A stretch of 64,000 bases of DNA from Candidatus Cloacimonadales bacterium (GCA_963663475.2 CAXXJV010000002.1:128001-192000), one strand, 5' to 3'. Shown: positions 41,001 to 52,167, numbered from the stretch's first letter. Notes: a model not told the origin generated them from the letters alone. A program made the numbers and translations.

Positions 41001-42723
41001 AGGCTTTGATCTTCTTTACCTGATAGATTACCCTTATGATTTTAATGAGCTGGTAAGTGTCTTTATCAAGTGTTCAGACTTAGAAGAACCAGCTAATTTT
41101 TACGAAAACAGCTATACCTTTAGAGTAACCCCTGACCTAGAAGCTCCTTACTTAGTTAACTTATTGCCTGAGGCTAATGCAAGTGGTGTTGCCGTTGATA
41201 GCGGTGTTTATTTCGAAATCCATGATAATGGTATAGGTATTGATATTGCAAGTCTTGTAATGAAGGTTAATAATGAAAATGTAGTTCCTGAAACTAGTCA
41301 AATTCCTGAAACTATGTTTTATGAGGTTTTTTATAGTGGCCAAGATTTTGAATATGGTCAAGAAGTAAGAGTGCTTGTATCTGTGGATGATTTAGCTACT
41401 AATCCTAATAGCTTAACTAATTTTAACTATAGTTTTACAGTAGTTGATGATGACCAAAGTCCACCAATTTTTACAGGACTAACCCCTGCTGAAGATAGTA
41501 GTGATAACCCTGTGAATACTTCTATATCAATGTCAATAATTGATACAGAATCTGATGTTGATCAGAATTCAATAATATTTAAAATTAATAACACTAGTAT
41601 TGAAGACTATCAGCTTACTCCTCTACAAACAGAAGAAGGGTTTGGTTATAAATTAAACTATCAACCTCAAATCCCTTTTGCATATGGAGAAATAGTCAGG
41701 ATTCAAATATATGCTATGGATACTTCGAGTAATAACAATGCTTCAAATAAATCATATTCTTTTACTTGCCAAGAAGATAATCAAGCTCCTTATCTAGAAA
41801 TATCAACTCCAGCCGATGGCGGTCAAGGTTATGCTAATTCTATTCTATACCTTTCCCTAAAAGATGATCTATCTGGTATTGATGATGATAGCTTCTCCCT
41901 GATCATTAATGGAGATTTTATTACTGCCTATCAAGATTCCTTACATGATAACCGCTTAGAAGTCTGGTATTCAACCCAATCTTTCTTTGCTAATGAAAGT
42001 GTAGCTGTGGACTTTTCTGTATCTGATAATGTAGGTAATACTTTCGAAGATTCTTATAGCTTTGATATTATTCCAGATATTTACCCACCTTATTTTGTTA
42101 TGGAGAAACCAGAAGATAATTCAGATCTTGCTATTTATGATTATTTAGAAATAGCAATCTTGGATAAGGGCGTTGGCATAGAAGAAGAATCTATTTCTTT
42201 TATGTTAAATGGGAGAATTATTGAAAATTATCATTTAGATAGAGATACTTATAATAGTAATCCAGATTCCCTAGGATTCATCCTCAAATATCAGATTGAT
42301 GATACTTATTATCCTGGTCAGAATCTTGCTATCCAGATTTCAGCAAATGATAAAAATCAACCACAAGCTCTTCAAAATATGCAAGAATATAATATTTTTG
42401 TTGAGAGGGCTTTAGCTCAAGATAAGGTGGAAGTTATACCTAATATAATTTCACTCAATTTTGATGGTATTAACGATTATAGCAGGATTATTATTCCTAG
42501 TAGAGCTAAAGTTTCGTGTAAGATATTTACTAGGGCAGGAAAGGAAATACGAGACCTAGCCACAAGTGTCTATCAAGTACAAGGTGATTCTGATAAGCAA
42601 TATCAAGTTGCTATTTGGGATGGTAAAAATTCAGATAATAAAGCTGTCAATGCAGGTATTTATATCTGCCAAGTTAAGTATGGAAGTAAGGTCCATAGAA
42701 ACACTATAACGGTGGCGAAGTAG
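38059..42723 (+). CDS. Large surface adhesin-like protein: 7 FG-GAP repeats + 9 Ig-like repeats + type-B/FlgD-like CTD
   Basis: Seven (G)DxNxD motifs; nine ~105 aa D..AP...P......D...G.D..S repeats; C-terminal IPNIISLNFDGIND...WDGKN...AGIY. Start at ATG 38059 after AGGAG. Confidence 0.85.
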   Translation: MKLFIAKNKTILVLAYLLMFATFLAGNKQFDLNSWQGNYNVKGKNAFDQFGYQIMSGDFNGDGIDDIIASSPSADPLGRNSAGEVYIFWGNEQSEQSVNIDLSSATADVTIIGAASGDKLGYSIATGSFNGDSYRDFAISAPYSNNGQTLQTGSVYLFYGGTNLAGTIDLSIDTAQHHFLGQTTNDYLGQELIFTDLNNDNKDELVISAPEGDKAELNNCGLVYLIWSHESYGQTVNLSQASNISFLAGLSINDNLGRSLASANINNDLFQDLLLGAPGVDEESLINNGSVYLLKGRTFFPYGEISLVNDNFIETEIKGGFHSSNLGRTMAAGDINGDGFGDISLSDFSQNSASNLVYIVYGSNSLASSMSLNDESANIKISHQGISDNLFATNLFIGNVNQTSPEDLIISSPQAFSNNGNESGLVHVLYGRNQFETSYDLALDSYDEIYHGQVANANLGSALALADFNNDLKTDIFLGSINAGNTKGSLYGVYGGIPWAWNLLPTDGASNVDIDQAIAFSLSDDQQIDLNSLNVNIAGTAYDINSNNLSYSGSGNFYRITIVPEAYFGYNQIINVSIQASDNEGWQIPTSNYRFFTREDTDPPFTNQWLPAPDQQGVPIDTNIEFNVYDLGEGVNLSSIIVNIDGTNYYSGSPYFSHLGQVNNFRIIVNPPDNFSFGQEVFVTIDCQDLAPLPNSMSTFSYSFICGQDNSAPSIIVIEPSYGEEVARTNILSVEVADSESNLNQNSLIFRLDNENILPFSDIQTLSNGNLKVTYNPLENQLLTYGQREIYFYVEDASTNANSIDTTSVFTVIADNQAPYTANHFPEKFSVDNPTNSQFKIDVFDLLSGIDLTTLSIKINDVEISLSETTSISALNNGYRVIYNPPERLVGEVSVEVQVSDLENPANTMPLESYTFTTSLDEDAPYISDLYPEEGAVNIPIDANLSFKLYDDKTGVDRSSIQVLINDNDVSQDLNIATISGGFDLLYLIDYPYDFNELVSVFIKCSDLEEPANFYENSYTFRVTPDLEAPYLVNLLPEANASGVAVDSGVYFEIHDNGIGIDIASLVMKVNNENVVPETSQIPETMFYEVFYSGQDFEYGQEVRVLVSVDDLATNPNSLTNFNYSFTVVDDDQSPPIFTGLTPAEDSSDNPVNTSISMSIIDTESDVDQNSIIFKINNTSIEDYQLTPLQTEEGFGYKLNYQPQIPFAYGEIVRIQIYAMDTSSNNNASNKSYSFTCQEDNQAPYLEISTPADGGQGYANSILYLSLKDDLSGIDDDSFSLIINGDFITAYQDSLHDNRLEVWYSTQSFFANESVAVDFSVSDNVGNTFEDSYSFDIIPDIYPPYFVMEKPEDNSDLAIYDYLEIAILDKGVGIEEESISFMLNGRIIENYHLDRDTYNSNPDSLGFILKYQIDDTYYPGQNLAIQISANDKNQPQALQNMQEYNIFVERALAQDKVEVIPNIISLNFDGINDYSRIIIPSRAKVSCKIFTRAGKEIRDLATSVYQVQGDSDKQYQVAIWDGKNSDNKAVNAGIYICQVKYGSKVHRNTITVAK

Positions 42724-42731
42724 GAGGCAAC

Positions 42732-44210
42732 ATGAGAAAAATCAATTTTAACCAATTAATATTACTTGCTTTCCTCTTACCTGTCATTACACTTAACTCC
42801 TTTGATTTTCAACAAGGAGGAATTAGGAACTACAGTCTTGGAGGAACAGGTATTGCTTCTTCTGAAGACTTATCTGCTTCTGTTTATAACCCTGCTTTAT
42901 TAGCAAATAGACAGCTTGAATTCCTAACTGACTCAAGAATCTATCTCTATGATTTAGAAAATGATGATTTGACTTATAACTTTTTCTCTTTTGCCTTTCC
43001 TTTAGCTTCTCTGGGAACTACTGCCTTTTCTGGAGATGTATTCTCTGCAAACCTCTATCAGGAAGTTAGGGCTGGTTTCCACTGGGGATCTTCCTTCTTT
43101 AACTCCCTTATGGAAGTTGGATTTGGCTTGAATTATTATAATATTTCTTATGAATCAAACGAGTTTACTCTTAATGATCCACTTTTTATTAATAATGAAA
43201 ACTCTAGTTCAGCTCTAGATTTAGATTTAGGAGCTGGATTTAATCTTAATGAAAGACTCAAACTTGCTCTTGTAGCTAAAAATATTCTGGCTAGTGATTT
43301 AGCCCTTGATTCTGAAAATGAAGAGAAATTAAATAGAGACTTGGGTATTGGAGTAAATTATAATATCTCTCCAAAAATTACCCTCATGATGGATGCTAAA
43401 TTAACCCAGAACTCTACTTTAGAAGAAAATGAATACTTTTATGCTTTAGCTAGTGAGTATCGCTTGCTAGATGGCTTTACTATTAGAACAGGACTCAATA
43501 ATAATGAAATAACTTCAGGATTTGGCTTTAAACTTATTGAAAAAAATTATGTTAAGTCTTATCGCAATCCTTTCAATTCTAAGAGGATGATAGAGAGTAG
43601 GTCTTTACGCTTATCTCTTGATTATGCCTTCTCTTACCCTCTTTTCACAGACTTAGAAATTCCTTATGGAAATCACTTCTTAGGACTCAGTTTTCAGCTT
43701 GGTTCATCAAATTCTTGGGAAGATGATCTAAAAAACCATGTTCAACCTAAAATTGAGACTTCAATATTAGAAGTACCTGTAAGAGCTAACTTAGAATCTG
43801 CTAAACCTCAAGTTCTTATTGATACTATTTATGTTGAGAAGTTAGTGAGAGATACTGTATTCGTAATTGATACTTTAGAAGTTATGGTAGGGGTTAGTCA
43901 AGATGATTATGTTAAGAAGCTTCAAGAGTTGGATGTGGCTAAATCAAGAATAGAAACCTATAAGACTAATAATCAAGCCTTAATACACTTGATGAATGCT
44001 ACTAACCTTTTCTACAATAGCCAATTAGAATCTGCTGCTCAAGAATGTATTCAAGCTATTAAACTGGCTCCAGATATGGCCTTAGCATATATAAAATTAG
44101 GGTCTATCTATTATCGGCAAGGGAAACAAGATCTAGCTATTAAAAATTGGAGAAAAGCTAAGGAATTAGATCCTAATAATCCTGAGATAAAAGCAATTTT
44201 CAAAGAGTAA
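42732..44210 (+). CDS. PorP/SprF- or PorV-like outer-membrane beta-barrel with C-terminal coiled coil/TPR
   Basis: G.R..SLGG...A...D.SA.VYNPA.L, LDLG, RTG, LDYA, HFLGLSF; C-terminal TPR (KAKELDPNN). Confidence 0.7.
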   Translation: MRKINFNQLILLAFLLPVITLNSFDFQQGGIRNYSLGGTGIASSEDLSASVYNPALLANRQLEFLTDSRIYLYDLENDDLTYNFFSFAFPLASLGTTAFSGDVFSANLYQEVRAGFHWGSSFFNSLMEVGFGLNYYNISYESNEFTLNDPLFINNENSSSALDLDLGAGFNLNERLKLALVAKNILASDLALDSENEEKLNRDLGIGVNYNISPKITLMMDAKLTQNSTLEENEYFYALASEYRLLDGFTIRTGLNNNEITSGFGFKLIEKNYVKSYRNPFNSKRMIESRSLRLSLDYAFSYPLFTDLEIPYGNHFLGLSFQLGSSNSWEDDLKNHVQPKIETSILEVPVRANLESAKPQVLIDTIYVEKLVRDTVFVIDTLEVMVGVSQDDYVKKLQELDVAKSRIETYKTNNQALIHLMNATNLFYNSQLESAAQECIQAIKLAPDMALAYIKLGSIYYRQGKQDLAIKNWRKAKELDPNNPEIKAIFKE

Positions 44211-44306
44211 CGTAATTGTGAAAAAAAAGAAAAATATATACAAGATAGCTCATCTGTAAAATATAGTGTAAATTAATAACTAATCAAGCAGGGATAAAAT
44301 AAAATA

Positions 44307-47300
44307 ATGAAAAAGATATTACTCATATTAGCTCTAGTAATAAATCTGTTAATAATATCGAAAGTCTTCGGTAGTGAAGTCGATTTAACATACACCGAAG
44401 AACAATACTTACAAGAACTGGGACCAATAAAAATAGCAGTAGATCCAGATTGGTACCCCTATGAGTTTGTCGATGAACATGATAACTATGCTGGTATTAT
44501 TCCAGAGATATTGATTTTATTAGAAAACAGATTAAATATCAGGTTCGAAAGAATCCCTACTAAAGATTGGTCAGAAACAATTGCCTTATCCCAAAAAGGA
44601 CAAGTAAGCTTAATCCCTGCCTTAAACCAAACAGAATATCGAGAAGAATGGCTATATTTTACTGATCCAATAATGATAGAACCTAATGTAATTATCACTA
44701 AAAAAGATGCAAGTTCCATCAATAATTTAGCAAAGATTAAAAACAAAACTCTTGTAACTATACCCAATACTATGATTGATGAATGGGCAAGAAAAGATTT
44801 TACTAACCTTAACTTAATCTATCGCGGTACAGAATATGAATGCTTACAAGCCGTTGAATCAGGTCAAGCTGATCTAACAGTTCTTAACCTTCTCTTAACA
44901 CCCTATAGATTAAAAAGACAAGGTTTCCTAGACTTAAAAATAAACAATGAAATCCCAGGATATGCTAACCATATTAGAATGGGAGTTGTAAAATCTGAGC
45001 CCCTCTTAGTTGAAATACTTAATAAGGGGATTAGGTCAATTGCTTTCTATGAAAAAGAAGCAATTATCCAGAAATTTATTCAAAGTAATATGGAAGAACC
45101 TCTCAATTATCCTGTTATATTTACTATTAGTTTCGTAGCTATTCTCATTGCTTTAATTTTGTTTCTTTGGAATAGAAAACTAAGAAAACTAAACTTGCAA
45201 ATTAAAGCAGGAGAAGAAAAACAACGAGCAATTATTCAAGCAATACCTGATGGTTTAGCTATTTCTGATTTGCAAGGTATGATAACCTATGTTTCTAAAG
45301 AAGCATTAAAGATGTGGGGCTTTTCTTCAAAAAATGATGCTGTTGGTAAAAACATTTTGAACTTTATTCATCCCAGCTATCATGATAAAGCTCTAGATAA
45401 TATTAAACAAATGTTGCAAGGTATTTCAACAGGCTTTACAGAATACAAGATGCTAAAAAAGAATAGGAAAAGATTCTATGCAGAAGCTAATGCAGAGGTT
45501 ATAAAGGATAATAATGAAAAATCAAATGCTATTCTTTTTGTAATAAGAGATATTACTGAGAAAAAACAAACAGAACTTAAACTTAAAAAAGCTATTACCC
45601 GTTATGAATCAATAATAAATCATTCACGAACAATAAATTGGGAAATTGATAATAATGGACTATATACCTATGTAAGTAGTAATGTTAAGCATGTTCTCGG
45701 CTATGATAAAAAAGAAATTGTCAGGAAAATGCATTTTTATGATCTTTTCCCTGCAAATATGCCTGAAGATTTTAAAGAAAAAGTCTTAAATATAATGCGA
45801 GAAAAGAAGTCTATTTTGGATCTTGAAAACCCTGTTGTTCATAAAGAAGGAAGATTGATATGGTTACTTACTTCAGGCTTACCTAAGTTAAATGAACAAG
45901 GTAAAACAATTGGTTACCAAGGCTCAGGAACCGATATCTCTTTACGTAAGAATGCTGAAGAGAGACTTAAAGCTCAGAGTAAGTATCAAAAGACTATTGC
46001 AGAAGTCTCATCCCAGTTTATAGATGTTAACTTGGATAATTACCAAGATAAGTTTATGATGATGCTATCTAAACTAGGAAATGAACTAAATGCTAGTCAT
46101 ACCTTCATTCTAGAATTATCAGAAGATAAAAAGATCCTCAGAAACACCTATGAATGGACTGCTAAAGGAGTAATACCAAGTAAGAAAAAACTAGATCAAG
46201 TTAAATTGTCTGACTTCCCAGGAATAGCAGAAGTTATTGAAAAGCAAGAAAGAATTCTGGTTAAAGATATTGATGAACTTACTTCAGATAATCCTTTTAA
46301 AGACTTCTTAAAGTTTATTGGAGTAAAATCAGGAATATGTTTGCCTATTATCAGAAGTAATAAATTCTTTGGTTATTTTGGTTTTGATTCAGTTTATCTG
46401 CCCCTTAACATAGTTGAAGAAGATCTTGAACTTCTCCAAATTGCAGTTAATGTTATTGGAGATATTTATATTAGAAACAATATTGAACTAGAAAAAGCTA
46501 AAATACAAGATTCTCTGAGGGAAGCTAGTATCCAGGCCCAACAGGCTAATAAAGCTAAATCCGAATTCTTGGCTAATATGAGTCATGAAATTAGAACCCC
46601 TCTTAATGGTGTTATTGGTTTTACAGAGTTATTGTTAAATACAGACCTTGATCCAGTCCAAGAACAATATGCCTACCATACAAATGTCTCAGGACAAGCT
46701 CTACTAGGTATCATTAATGATATTCTAGATTTCTCAAAGATTGAAGCAGGCAAACTAGATCTGGATATCCATGAAGTACATATCCATGATCTGCTAAATC
46801 AAGTGGTAGATATTCTTCAATATCAAGCAGATAAAAAGAAGATTGAACTCCTAATTGATATTGATCCTAAACTTCCAGATTTAATAAAAGCAGACTCAAT
46901 AAGGCTCAAACAAATTTTGATTAATCTTTTAAGTAATGCTATTAAATTCACAGAAAAAGGGCAAGTCAAAATGAAAGTTGATTTTGAGCAAGCTGATAAC
47001 TTCAAGGGGGCTTGTACTTTTTCTATTGCTGATACTGGGATTGGAATTCCTCAAAATCAATTGAAGAAGCTCTTTCTTGCCTTCTCCCAAGCTGATGGTT
47101 CAATCACTAGAAAATATGGAGGGACTGGTTTAGGATTAACTATTTCTAACTTATTAGTCCAAAAAATGGGTGGGGAAATACAGGTTGATTCTCAAGAAGG
47201 TAAGGGCTCTAACTTCTATTTCACTATTATAACTGATTATTATCGACAAGATAGAAAGGATATCGAACACGATTATTCCCATAAAAAGATCTTGATAGTA

Positions 47301-48122
47301 GATGATAACGACCATAATCGCCAGATTATTGAAAAGAATCTTAATCATTGGGGAATTAATTATCTTAGTGCTAACTCAGGCCAAGAAGCCTTGGATATTC
47401 TTGCTAAGGATAATGAGATAGATTTAGCTATTTTTGATTTAATTATGCCAGGAAAGGATGGAATAGAAAGTATTAGGGAGCTAAGACAAAGATTTGATAA
47501 CTATAAAAATCTACCAATAATCCTCCTTCATAGCTCTGTAGAGGATAAAAAAATCAATCAAGAAGCACAAAACTTGAATATTGCTCACAAAATGGTAAAA
47601 CCACTTAAAGCAAAAGAGTTGAAAGAACTTATCTTCTCAATATTTGAAGATAATTCTCGTAACATAATTAAGCTCTCTGCTAAATCTTATGAACCAACCA
47701 CTTATACTCTTGATAAGGGTAAACAGAAGGTCCTTATAGCTGAAGATGTGGAGTTAAATTTAGTCTTAATTAAAACTATCATTAAAAAGGCTATTCCACT
47801 GGTAGAGACAGTTACTGTAGTCAATGGTCAGGAAGCAGTAGATGTCTTTAAAAAGAACAAGTTTGATTTAGTTTTAATGGATGTTCAAATGCCTGTTATG
47901 GATGGACTACAAGCTACTAAAATTATCAGAACTTTAGAAAAAACAAGAGATCATAAAACACCTATATTAGCTTTAACAGCTGGGGCAACTAAAGAAGAAA
48001 CTAGAAAATGCCTTGAAGCTGGTATGGATGAAATAGTTACAAAACCTATTGACCAAGAAAAACTAAGATCTATTTTAGATAAACTACTTAAACCCAATAA
48101 TGCAGTAGATCTTTGTGAATAG
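44307..48122 (+). CDS. Hybrid sensor histidine kinase (periplasmic SBP, 2 PAS, GAF, HisKA/HATPase, 2 receivers)
   Basis: [28 protein letters not shown], two receiver domains (DLIMP, DVQMP). Confidence 0.95.
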   Translation: MKKILLILALVINLLIISKVFGSEVDLTYTEEQYLQELGPIKIAVDPDWYPYEFVDEHDNYAGIIPEILILLENRLNIRFERIPTKDWSETIALSQKGQVSLIPALNQTEYREEWLYFTDPIMIEPNVIITKKDASSINNLAKIKNKTLVTIPNTMIDEWARKDFTNLNLIYRGTEYECLQAVESGQADLTVLNLLLTPYRLKRQGFLDLKINNEIPGYANHIRMGVVKSEPLLVEILNKGIRSIAFYEKEAIIQKFIQSNMEEPLNYPVIFTISFVAILIALILFLWNRKLRKLNLQIKAGEEKQRAIIQAIPDGLAISDLQGMITYVSKEALKMWGFSSKNDAVGKNILNFIHPSYHDKALDNIKQMLQGISTGFTEYKMLKKNRKRFYAEANAEVIKDNNEKSNAILFVIRDITEKKQTELKLKKAITRYESIINHSRTINWEIDNNGLYTYVSSNVKHVLGYDKKEIVRKMHFYDLFPANMPEDFKEKVLNIMREKKSILDLENPVVHKEGRLIWLLTSGLPKLNEQGKTIGYQGSGTDISLRKNAEERLKAQSKYQKTIAEVSSQFIDVNLDNYQDKFMMMLSKLGNELNASHTFILELSEDKKILRNTYEWTAKGVIPSKKKLDQVKLSDFPGIAEVIEKQERILVKDIDELTSDNPFKDFLKFIGVKSGICLPIIRSNKFFGYFGFDSVYLPLNIVEEDLELLQIAVNVIGDIYIRNNIELEKAKIQDSLREASIQAQQANKAKSEFLANMSHEIRTPLNGVIGFTELLLNTDLDPVQEQYAYHTNVSGQALLGIINDILDFSKIEAGKLDLDIHEVHIHDLLNQVVDILQYQADKKKIELLIDIDPKLPDLIKADSIRLKQILINLLSNAIKFTEKGQVKMKVDFEQADNFKGACTFSIADTGIGIPQNQLKKLFLAFSQADGSITRKYGGTGLGLTISNLLVQKMGGEIQVDSQEGKGSNFYFTIITDYYRQDRKDIEHDYSHKKILIVDDNDHNRQIIEKNLNHWGINYLSANSGQEALDILAKDNEIDLAIFDLIMPGKDGIESIRELRQRFDNYKNLPIILLHSSVEDKKINQEAQNLNIAHKMVKPLKAKELKELIFSIFEDNSRNIIKLSAKSYEPTTYTLDKGKQKVLIAEDVELNLVLIKTIIKKAIPLVETVTVVNGQEAVDVFKKNKFDLVLMDVQMPVMDGLQATKIIRTLEKTRDHKTPILALTAGATKEETRKCLEAGMDEIVTKPIDQEKLRSILDKLLKPNNAVDLCE

Positions 48123-48135
48123 CACTATCTGGGTT
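48091..48135 (+). mobile_element. MITE family A, 45 bp mini-copy overlapping the kinase 3' end
   Basis: aacccaataatgcagtagatctttgtgaatagcactatctgggtt. Confidence 0.8.
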
Positions 48136-48157
48136 AGAAGAAAACAAGGAAATAATA

Positions 48158-48805
48158 ATGGATAATATTAAAATTAGATTAGAAGAAAAAAATGATTACC
48201 GAGAAGTTGAAATTCTTACAAAACAAGCATTTTGGAATATTCATGTTCCTGGCTGTGATGAACACTATTTAGTCCATGTTTTAAGAGACTGTCCAGCTTT
48301 TATCCCTCAACTTGATTTAGTAATGGAGCTTAATGGTAAAATAATTGGCCATATCATCTACACAAAAGCAAAAATTGTTAATGAAGGACAAGAAAAAGAG
48401 GTTCTTACTTTTGGACCTGTTAGTATTCATCCTGATTATCAAGGTTTAGGCTATGGTAGTAAGCTTATTAATCATTCTCTCCAAAAAGCTAAAGAACTTG
48501 GCTTTAAGATTGTAGTTATTTATGGTGATCCTGATTATTATAGAAGATTCGCTTTTCTTAGTGGTGAAGACTATGATATTTATTCAAGTGATGGTTACTA
48601 TAATCCAGCCTTACAAGTACTAGAATTAGAAGAATCTGCTCTAGATAATATTTCAGGTAGTTTTCATGAAGATAAGACTTTTGCAATTGACGAAGAGGCT
48701 GCCAAAGCTTTTGATAAGGACTTTCCTTTTATGGAGAAAAAGAATACTCCCTCACAGGTTAAGTTTATGAATATTATTAGCAAAAGGAAGAAAAGACTTA
48801 AGTAA
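48158..48805 (+). CDS. GNAT N-acetyltransferase
   Basis: GPVSIHPDYQGLGYGSKLI, YGDPDYYRRF. Confidence 0.9.
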   Translation: MDNIKIRLEEKNDYREVEILTKQAFWNIHVPGCDEHYLVHVLRDCPAFIPQLDLVMELNGKIIGHIIYTKAKIVNEGQEKEVLTFGPVSIHPDYQGLGYGSKLINHSLQKAKELGFKIVVIYGDPDYYRRFAFLSGEDYDIYSSDGYYNPALQVLELEESALDNISGSFHEDKTFAIDEEAAKAFDKDFPFMEKKNTPSQVKFMNIISKRKKRLK

Positions 48806-48899
48806 GAGGAATCTCTTTTTTACAGCTTATGCGAAAAAACTTGCCATAAACAAGTAGCCAACTATTATTGTAAAAAGAATAAATTTAAGGATAAATCAG

Positions 48900-49505
48900 A
48901 TGCAAAGTAAATTACATCCCTTACTTCAATCTTTAGCTTTACTTGTGGTTCCTTGCCTAGTTTTGCTAATTATAAACTATATTTTCTCTGTTACAGGCAG
49001 AGTAGAAAATTCTGCTTATCTTACTGCAAGCTTAAAGATGAGTATTTTCGTTATACCTAATGCTTTTTATATTATCTTATATAAGTATAAGTTGGGTTAT
49101 TTAGGTTTTCTTGTTGCTCTGTTAGCAACTTTCTCAGCTGTAAATAGTCTTGCAACAAATCAATTAGCTCTCTTTTCAACTTTTTCTTTATATTTAATAA
49201 ACTTTATATATTTCCTATTTTTAATGGGGATTATTTATATAGCATACTTTGTAGTAAATGGCTTTAAATTAAAGAATATTATCTTTATTATAGGTGGGGT
49301 TATAGTTCATACATTTTCATTTATAGGGCTTTTCTCCATCAATAAAATACCTCTTGAAAGAGTAATAATCAGGGATATAATATTCCGTGGATTTAACTTA
49401 TATCTAATGGTAGGATTAGCTATAGCTATTGGACTACTCTTTTTTGAGCTTCCTAAGCAGGTTGATTCTTACCCTAGTGATATAGAAGAAGATGATGATT
49501 TATAG
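48900..49505 (+). CDS. Hypothetical integral membrane protein
   Basis: ~6 hydrophobic helices, acidic tail. Confidence 0.7.
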   Translation: MQSKLHPLLQSLALLVVPCLVLLIINYIFSVTGRVENSAYLTASLKMSIFVIPNAFYIILYKYKLGYLGFLVALLATFSAVNSLATNQLALFSTFSLYLINFIYFLFLMGIIYIAYFVVNGFKLKNIIFIIGGVIVHTFSFIGLFSINKIPLERVIIRDIIFRGFNLYLMVGLAIAIGLLFFELPKQVDSYPSDIEEDDDL

Positions 49506-49528
49506 AAAAAAAAGACAAGGGATAGAGT

Positions 49529-50173
49529 GTGGGTAGAAGAAAAATAAGAAAGCCTGCTGATTATGAGCAGAGAAAAGATAAATTTGTTATTGAAGTTGAA
49601 GAAGGGAAAGTTTTGGATTTTAATCAAATCTTTAACAATAATAAGCCAGTTCATATAGAAATTGGATCGGGTAAAGGGGAGTTTATCTCTCAAAAAAGTC
49701 GTGAAATGCTTGATGTTAACTTTATCGGAATAGAACTTAACCCTCATAGGATTACCTCTATACTAAAGAAATTAGATTTAGAGGAAGACCATAATGTGAA
49801 ACTTTTAAATCATTATGTAGATAAAGAAATAAGTCAGGTTATTCCAAAATATTCTATACCTGTGATTTATATTCAGCATCCTGATCCTTGGCCTAAAAGA
49901 AGACATCACAAGTATCGTTTAATTAATCAAGATTTTATTGATGCTTTAAATCTTATGTTAGAGTTAGGAGGTAGGGTAGAGATAGCTACTGACCATCCTG
50001 AATATTCACAATGGATAATTGAGCATTTTGATCAAAGGAAAGATTTTGTTTCTCTTTTTGAAAAGGGTTATACCTATGAGAAACAAGCAGGACATATTGA
50101 AACATATTTTGAAGAAATTAAAAGAGCTGAAGGCTTTGAACCAATATTTATGTTTTATCAAAAAGTAAAGTAA
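49529..50173 (+). CDS. trmB: tRNA (guanine-N7)-methyltransferase
   Basis: EIGSGKG, PDPWPKRRH, ATDH, TYFE. Confidence 0.93.
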   Translation: MGRRKIRKPADYEQRKDKFVIEVEEGKVLDFNQIFNNNKPVHIEIGSGKGEFISQKSREMLDVNFIGIELNPHRITSILKKLDLEEDHNVKLLNHYVDKEISQVIPKYSIPVIYIQHPDPWPKRRHHKYRLINQDFIDALNLMLELGGRVEIATDHPEYSQWIIEHFDQRKDFVSLFEKGYTYEKQAGHIETYFEEIKRAEGFEPIFMFYQKVK

Positions 50174-50185
50174 GTGGGAGCTATT

Positions 50186-51331
50186 ATGCAGAAAAATGAG
50201 ATATTTAAAAAGATTGTTGAATCTACTTATGAAAACCTTTCACCTTTTGCCTTTAAAGATAAGGATGCCTACCGTCTAAAAGCTGAGCCAAAGGAACATA
50301 TTCGGACTAACTTTGCCTTAGATAGAGATAGAATCTTGTATAGTGGTGCTTATAGAAGGTATCATGGCAAGACTCAAGTTTTTTCTTTTACTAACTTGAT
50401 AGATGAGGAAATGACAAACAGGAATCTTCATACAACCTATGTTTCTCAGATTTCAAGAACAATAGGTAAAGCTCTCAAACTTAATCTTGAGTTAATAGAA
50501 GCTATTGCTTTAGGTCATGATTTAGGTCATTGTCCTTTTGGCCATGATGGAGAAAAAGCTCTCTCAAGAGTCTGTCGAGCTCATGGAATTGCTTCTTTTC
50601 ACCATAATATTGAATCATTGCAGATTGTTGACCATATATCTAAGAAGGGTAGAGGAATGAATTTAACATTCCAAGTAAGGGATGGGATAATTTCCCATGA
50701 TGGGGAAGTTCATAATACAGTTTTAAAACCTCAAAGAGATAAATGTGAAGCTGATATAAAAAATTATATTAGCATGAAGAGTCAGGATAAGAAGGTAAAT
50801 TGGATGCCTGCCACTATGGAGGGTTGTGTTGTAAGAATTTCAGACACCATTGCCTATATTGGGCAAGACATAGAAGATGCAGTTAGGTTTAAGATTTTAA
50901 AAAGTCAGCAACTTCCTAAGGATTGTACTGATTTTTTAGGTAAGACTAATTCTCAGATTATTGATACTTTAGTTAAGAGTGTAATTGTTAATAGTTATGA
51001 ACATGAACATATTGCTTTTGATGAAGAAACTTCTCATTACCTCTTGAAGTTAAAAAAATTCAATTATCAATACATCTATACTGATGAGAACGTAAAACAT
51101 GCTAATGAAATAATTAATAGATCAATGGATATTTTATTTGAAAAGTATTTAACTGATTTAATACACAATAAGACTAATTCAAAGATTTTCTTACAATTCT
51201 TAAATCATAAGAATGATGAATATAGAGATAATTTCTCTAATGCTGAAAAAGTTAGAGATTTTATAGCTACAATGACTGACAGATATTATAATGAAGAGAT
51301 AAAAGACTATCTTTTACCATGGAAACTATAA
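50186..51331 (+). CDS. dGTP triphosphohydrolase-like HD protein
   Basis: DRDRIL, KTQVF, GHDLGH.PFGH.GE, D.IAY...DIED, ATMTDRY. Confidence 0.88.
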   Translation: MQKNEIFKKIVESTYENLSPFAFKDKDAYRLKAEPKEHIRTNFALDRDRILYSGAYRRYHGKTQVFSFTNLIDEEMTNRNLHTTYVSQISRTIGKALKLNLELIEAIALGHDLGHCPFGHDGEKALSRVCRAHGIASFHHNIESLQIVDHISKKGRGMNLTFQVRDGIISHDGEVHNTVLKPQRDKCEADIKNYISMKSQDKKVNWMPATMEGCVVRISDTIAYIGQDIEDAVRFKILKSQQLPKDCTDFLGKTNSQIIDTLVKSVIVNSYEHEHIAFDEETSHYLLKLKKFNYQYIYTDENVKHANEIINRSMDILFEKYLTDLIHNKTNSKIFLQFLNHKNDEYRDNFSNAEKVRDFIATMTDRYYNEEIKDYLLPWKL

Positions 51332-51344
51332 AGGAGAAGTATAT

Positions 51345-52139
51345 ATGTATAAAGTAGGAGTTTTACAGTTCCAACCAAAGCTTATGCAAGTTGATGAAAA
51401 CTTAGCTTATTTAGAGAAGATGTTACAGGATGTTGATGCTGACCTTATTGTTTTACCTGAGTTAGCAACATCTGGATATGTGTTTCAGACAAAGTCAGAA
51501 GTTTTCCAAGTAGCTGAAGATGCCAAAACAGGAAAAACAGCTAAATTATTTACAAGATTAGCTAGTCAACTAAATGTTTCATTAGTTGTGGGTTTCCCTG
51601 AATTAGCTGAAGGAAAAGTCTATAATTCTGCTTCTCTCTTTAACCCAAACGGTGAGATATTTACTTATAGAAAAACCCATCTCTTTTTTGAAGAAAAGAC
51701 TTTTTTTGAAGCAGGGGACAGTGGTTTTAATGTATTTCCAGCTAAAAGTGGAGTAAAAGTTGGTTTAATGATTTGTTTTGACTGGCAGTTTCCTGAATCA
51801 GCCAGAACTTTAGCTCTTCGTGGTGCTCAAATTATTGCCCACCCCTCTAACTTAGTCTTGCCTTGGTGTCAAAAAGCTATGACTATTAGATCTCTAGAAA
51901 ATAGGGTATTCTCTATAACTTCAAACCGAGTGGGTAGAGAAGTTAATGGCGATAAGGAATTATACTTCACTGGAATTAGTCAAATCCTCAATACTAAGGG
52001 AGAGGTCTTGGCTTCTTTCAATAAAACAGAGGAAGGGATAGTTTATAGTCGAATTAATCCTACAGATGCTCTTGATAAGCAAGTTACAGAGCATAATAAT
52101 GCATTTTCAGATAGACGACCTGATATGTACGAAAGATAA
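51345..52139 (+). CDS. Nitrilase/carbon-nitrogen hydrolase
   Basis: LPEL, YRKTHL, ICFDW (E-K-C triad). Confidence 0.92.
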   Translation: MYKVGVLQFQPKLMQVDENLAYLEKMLQDVDADLIVLPELATSGYVFQTKSEVFQVAEDAKTGKTAKLFTRLASQLNVSLVVGFPELAEGKVYNSASLFNPNGEIFTYRKTHLFFEEKTFFEAGDSGFNVFPAKSGVKVGLMICFDWQFPESARTLALRGAQIIAHPSNLVLPWCQKAMTIRSLENRVFSITSNRVGREVNGDKELYFTGISQILNTKGEVLASFNKTEEGIVYSRINPTDALDKQVTEHNNAFSDRRPDMYER

Positions 52140-52167
52140 GAAATTTTAAAGAAAGAAGGAAATTACT

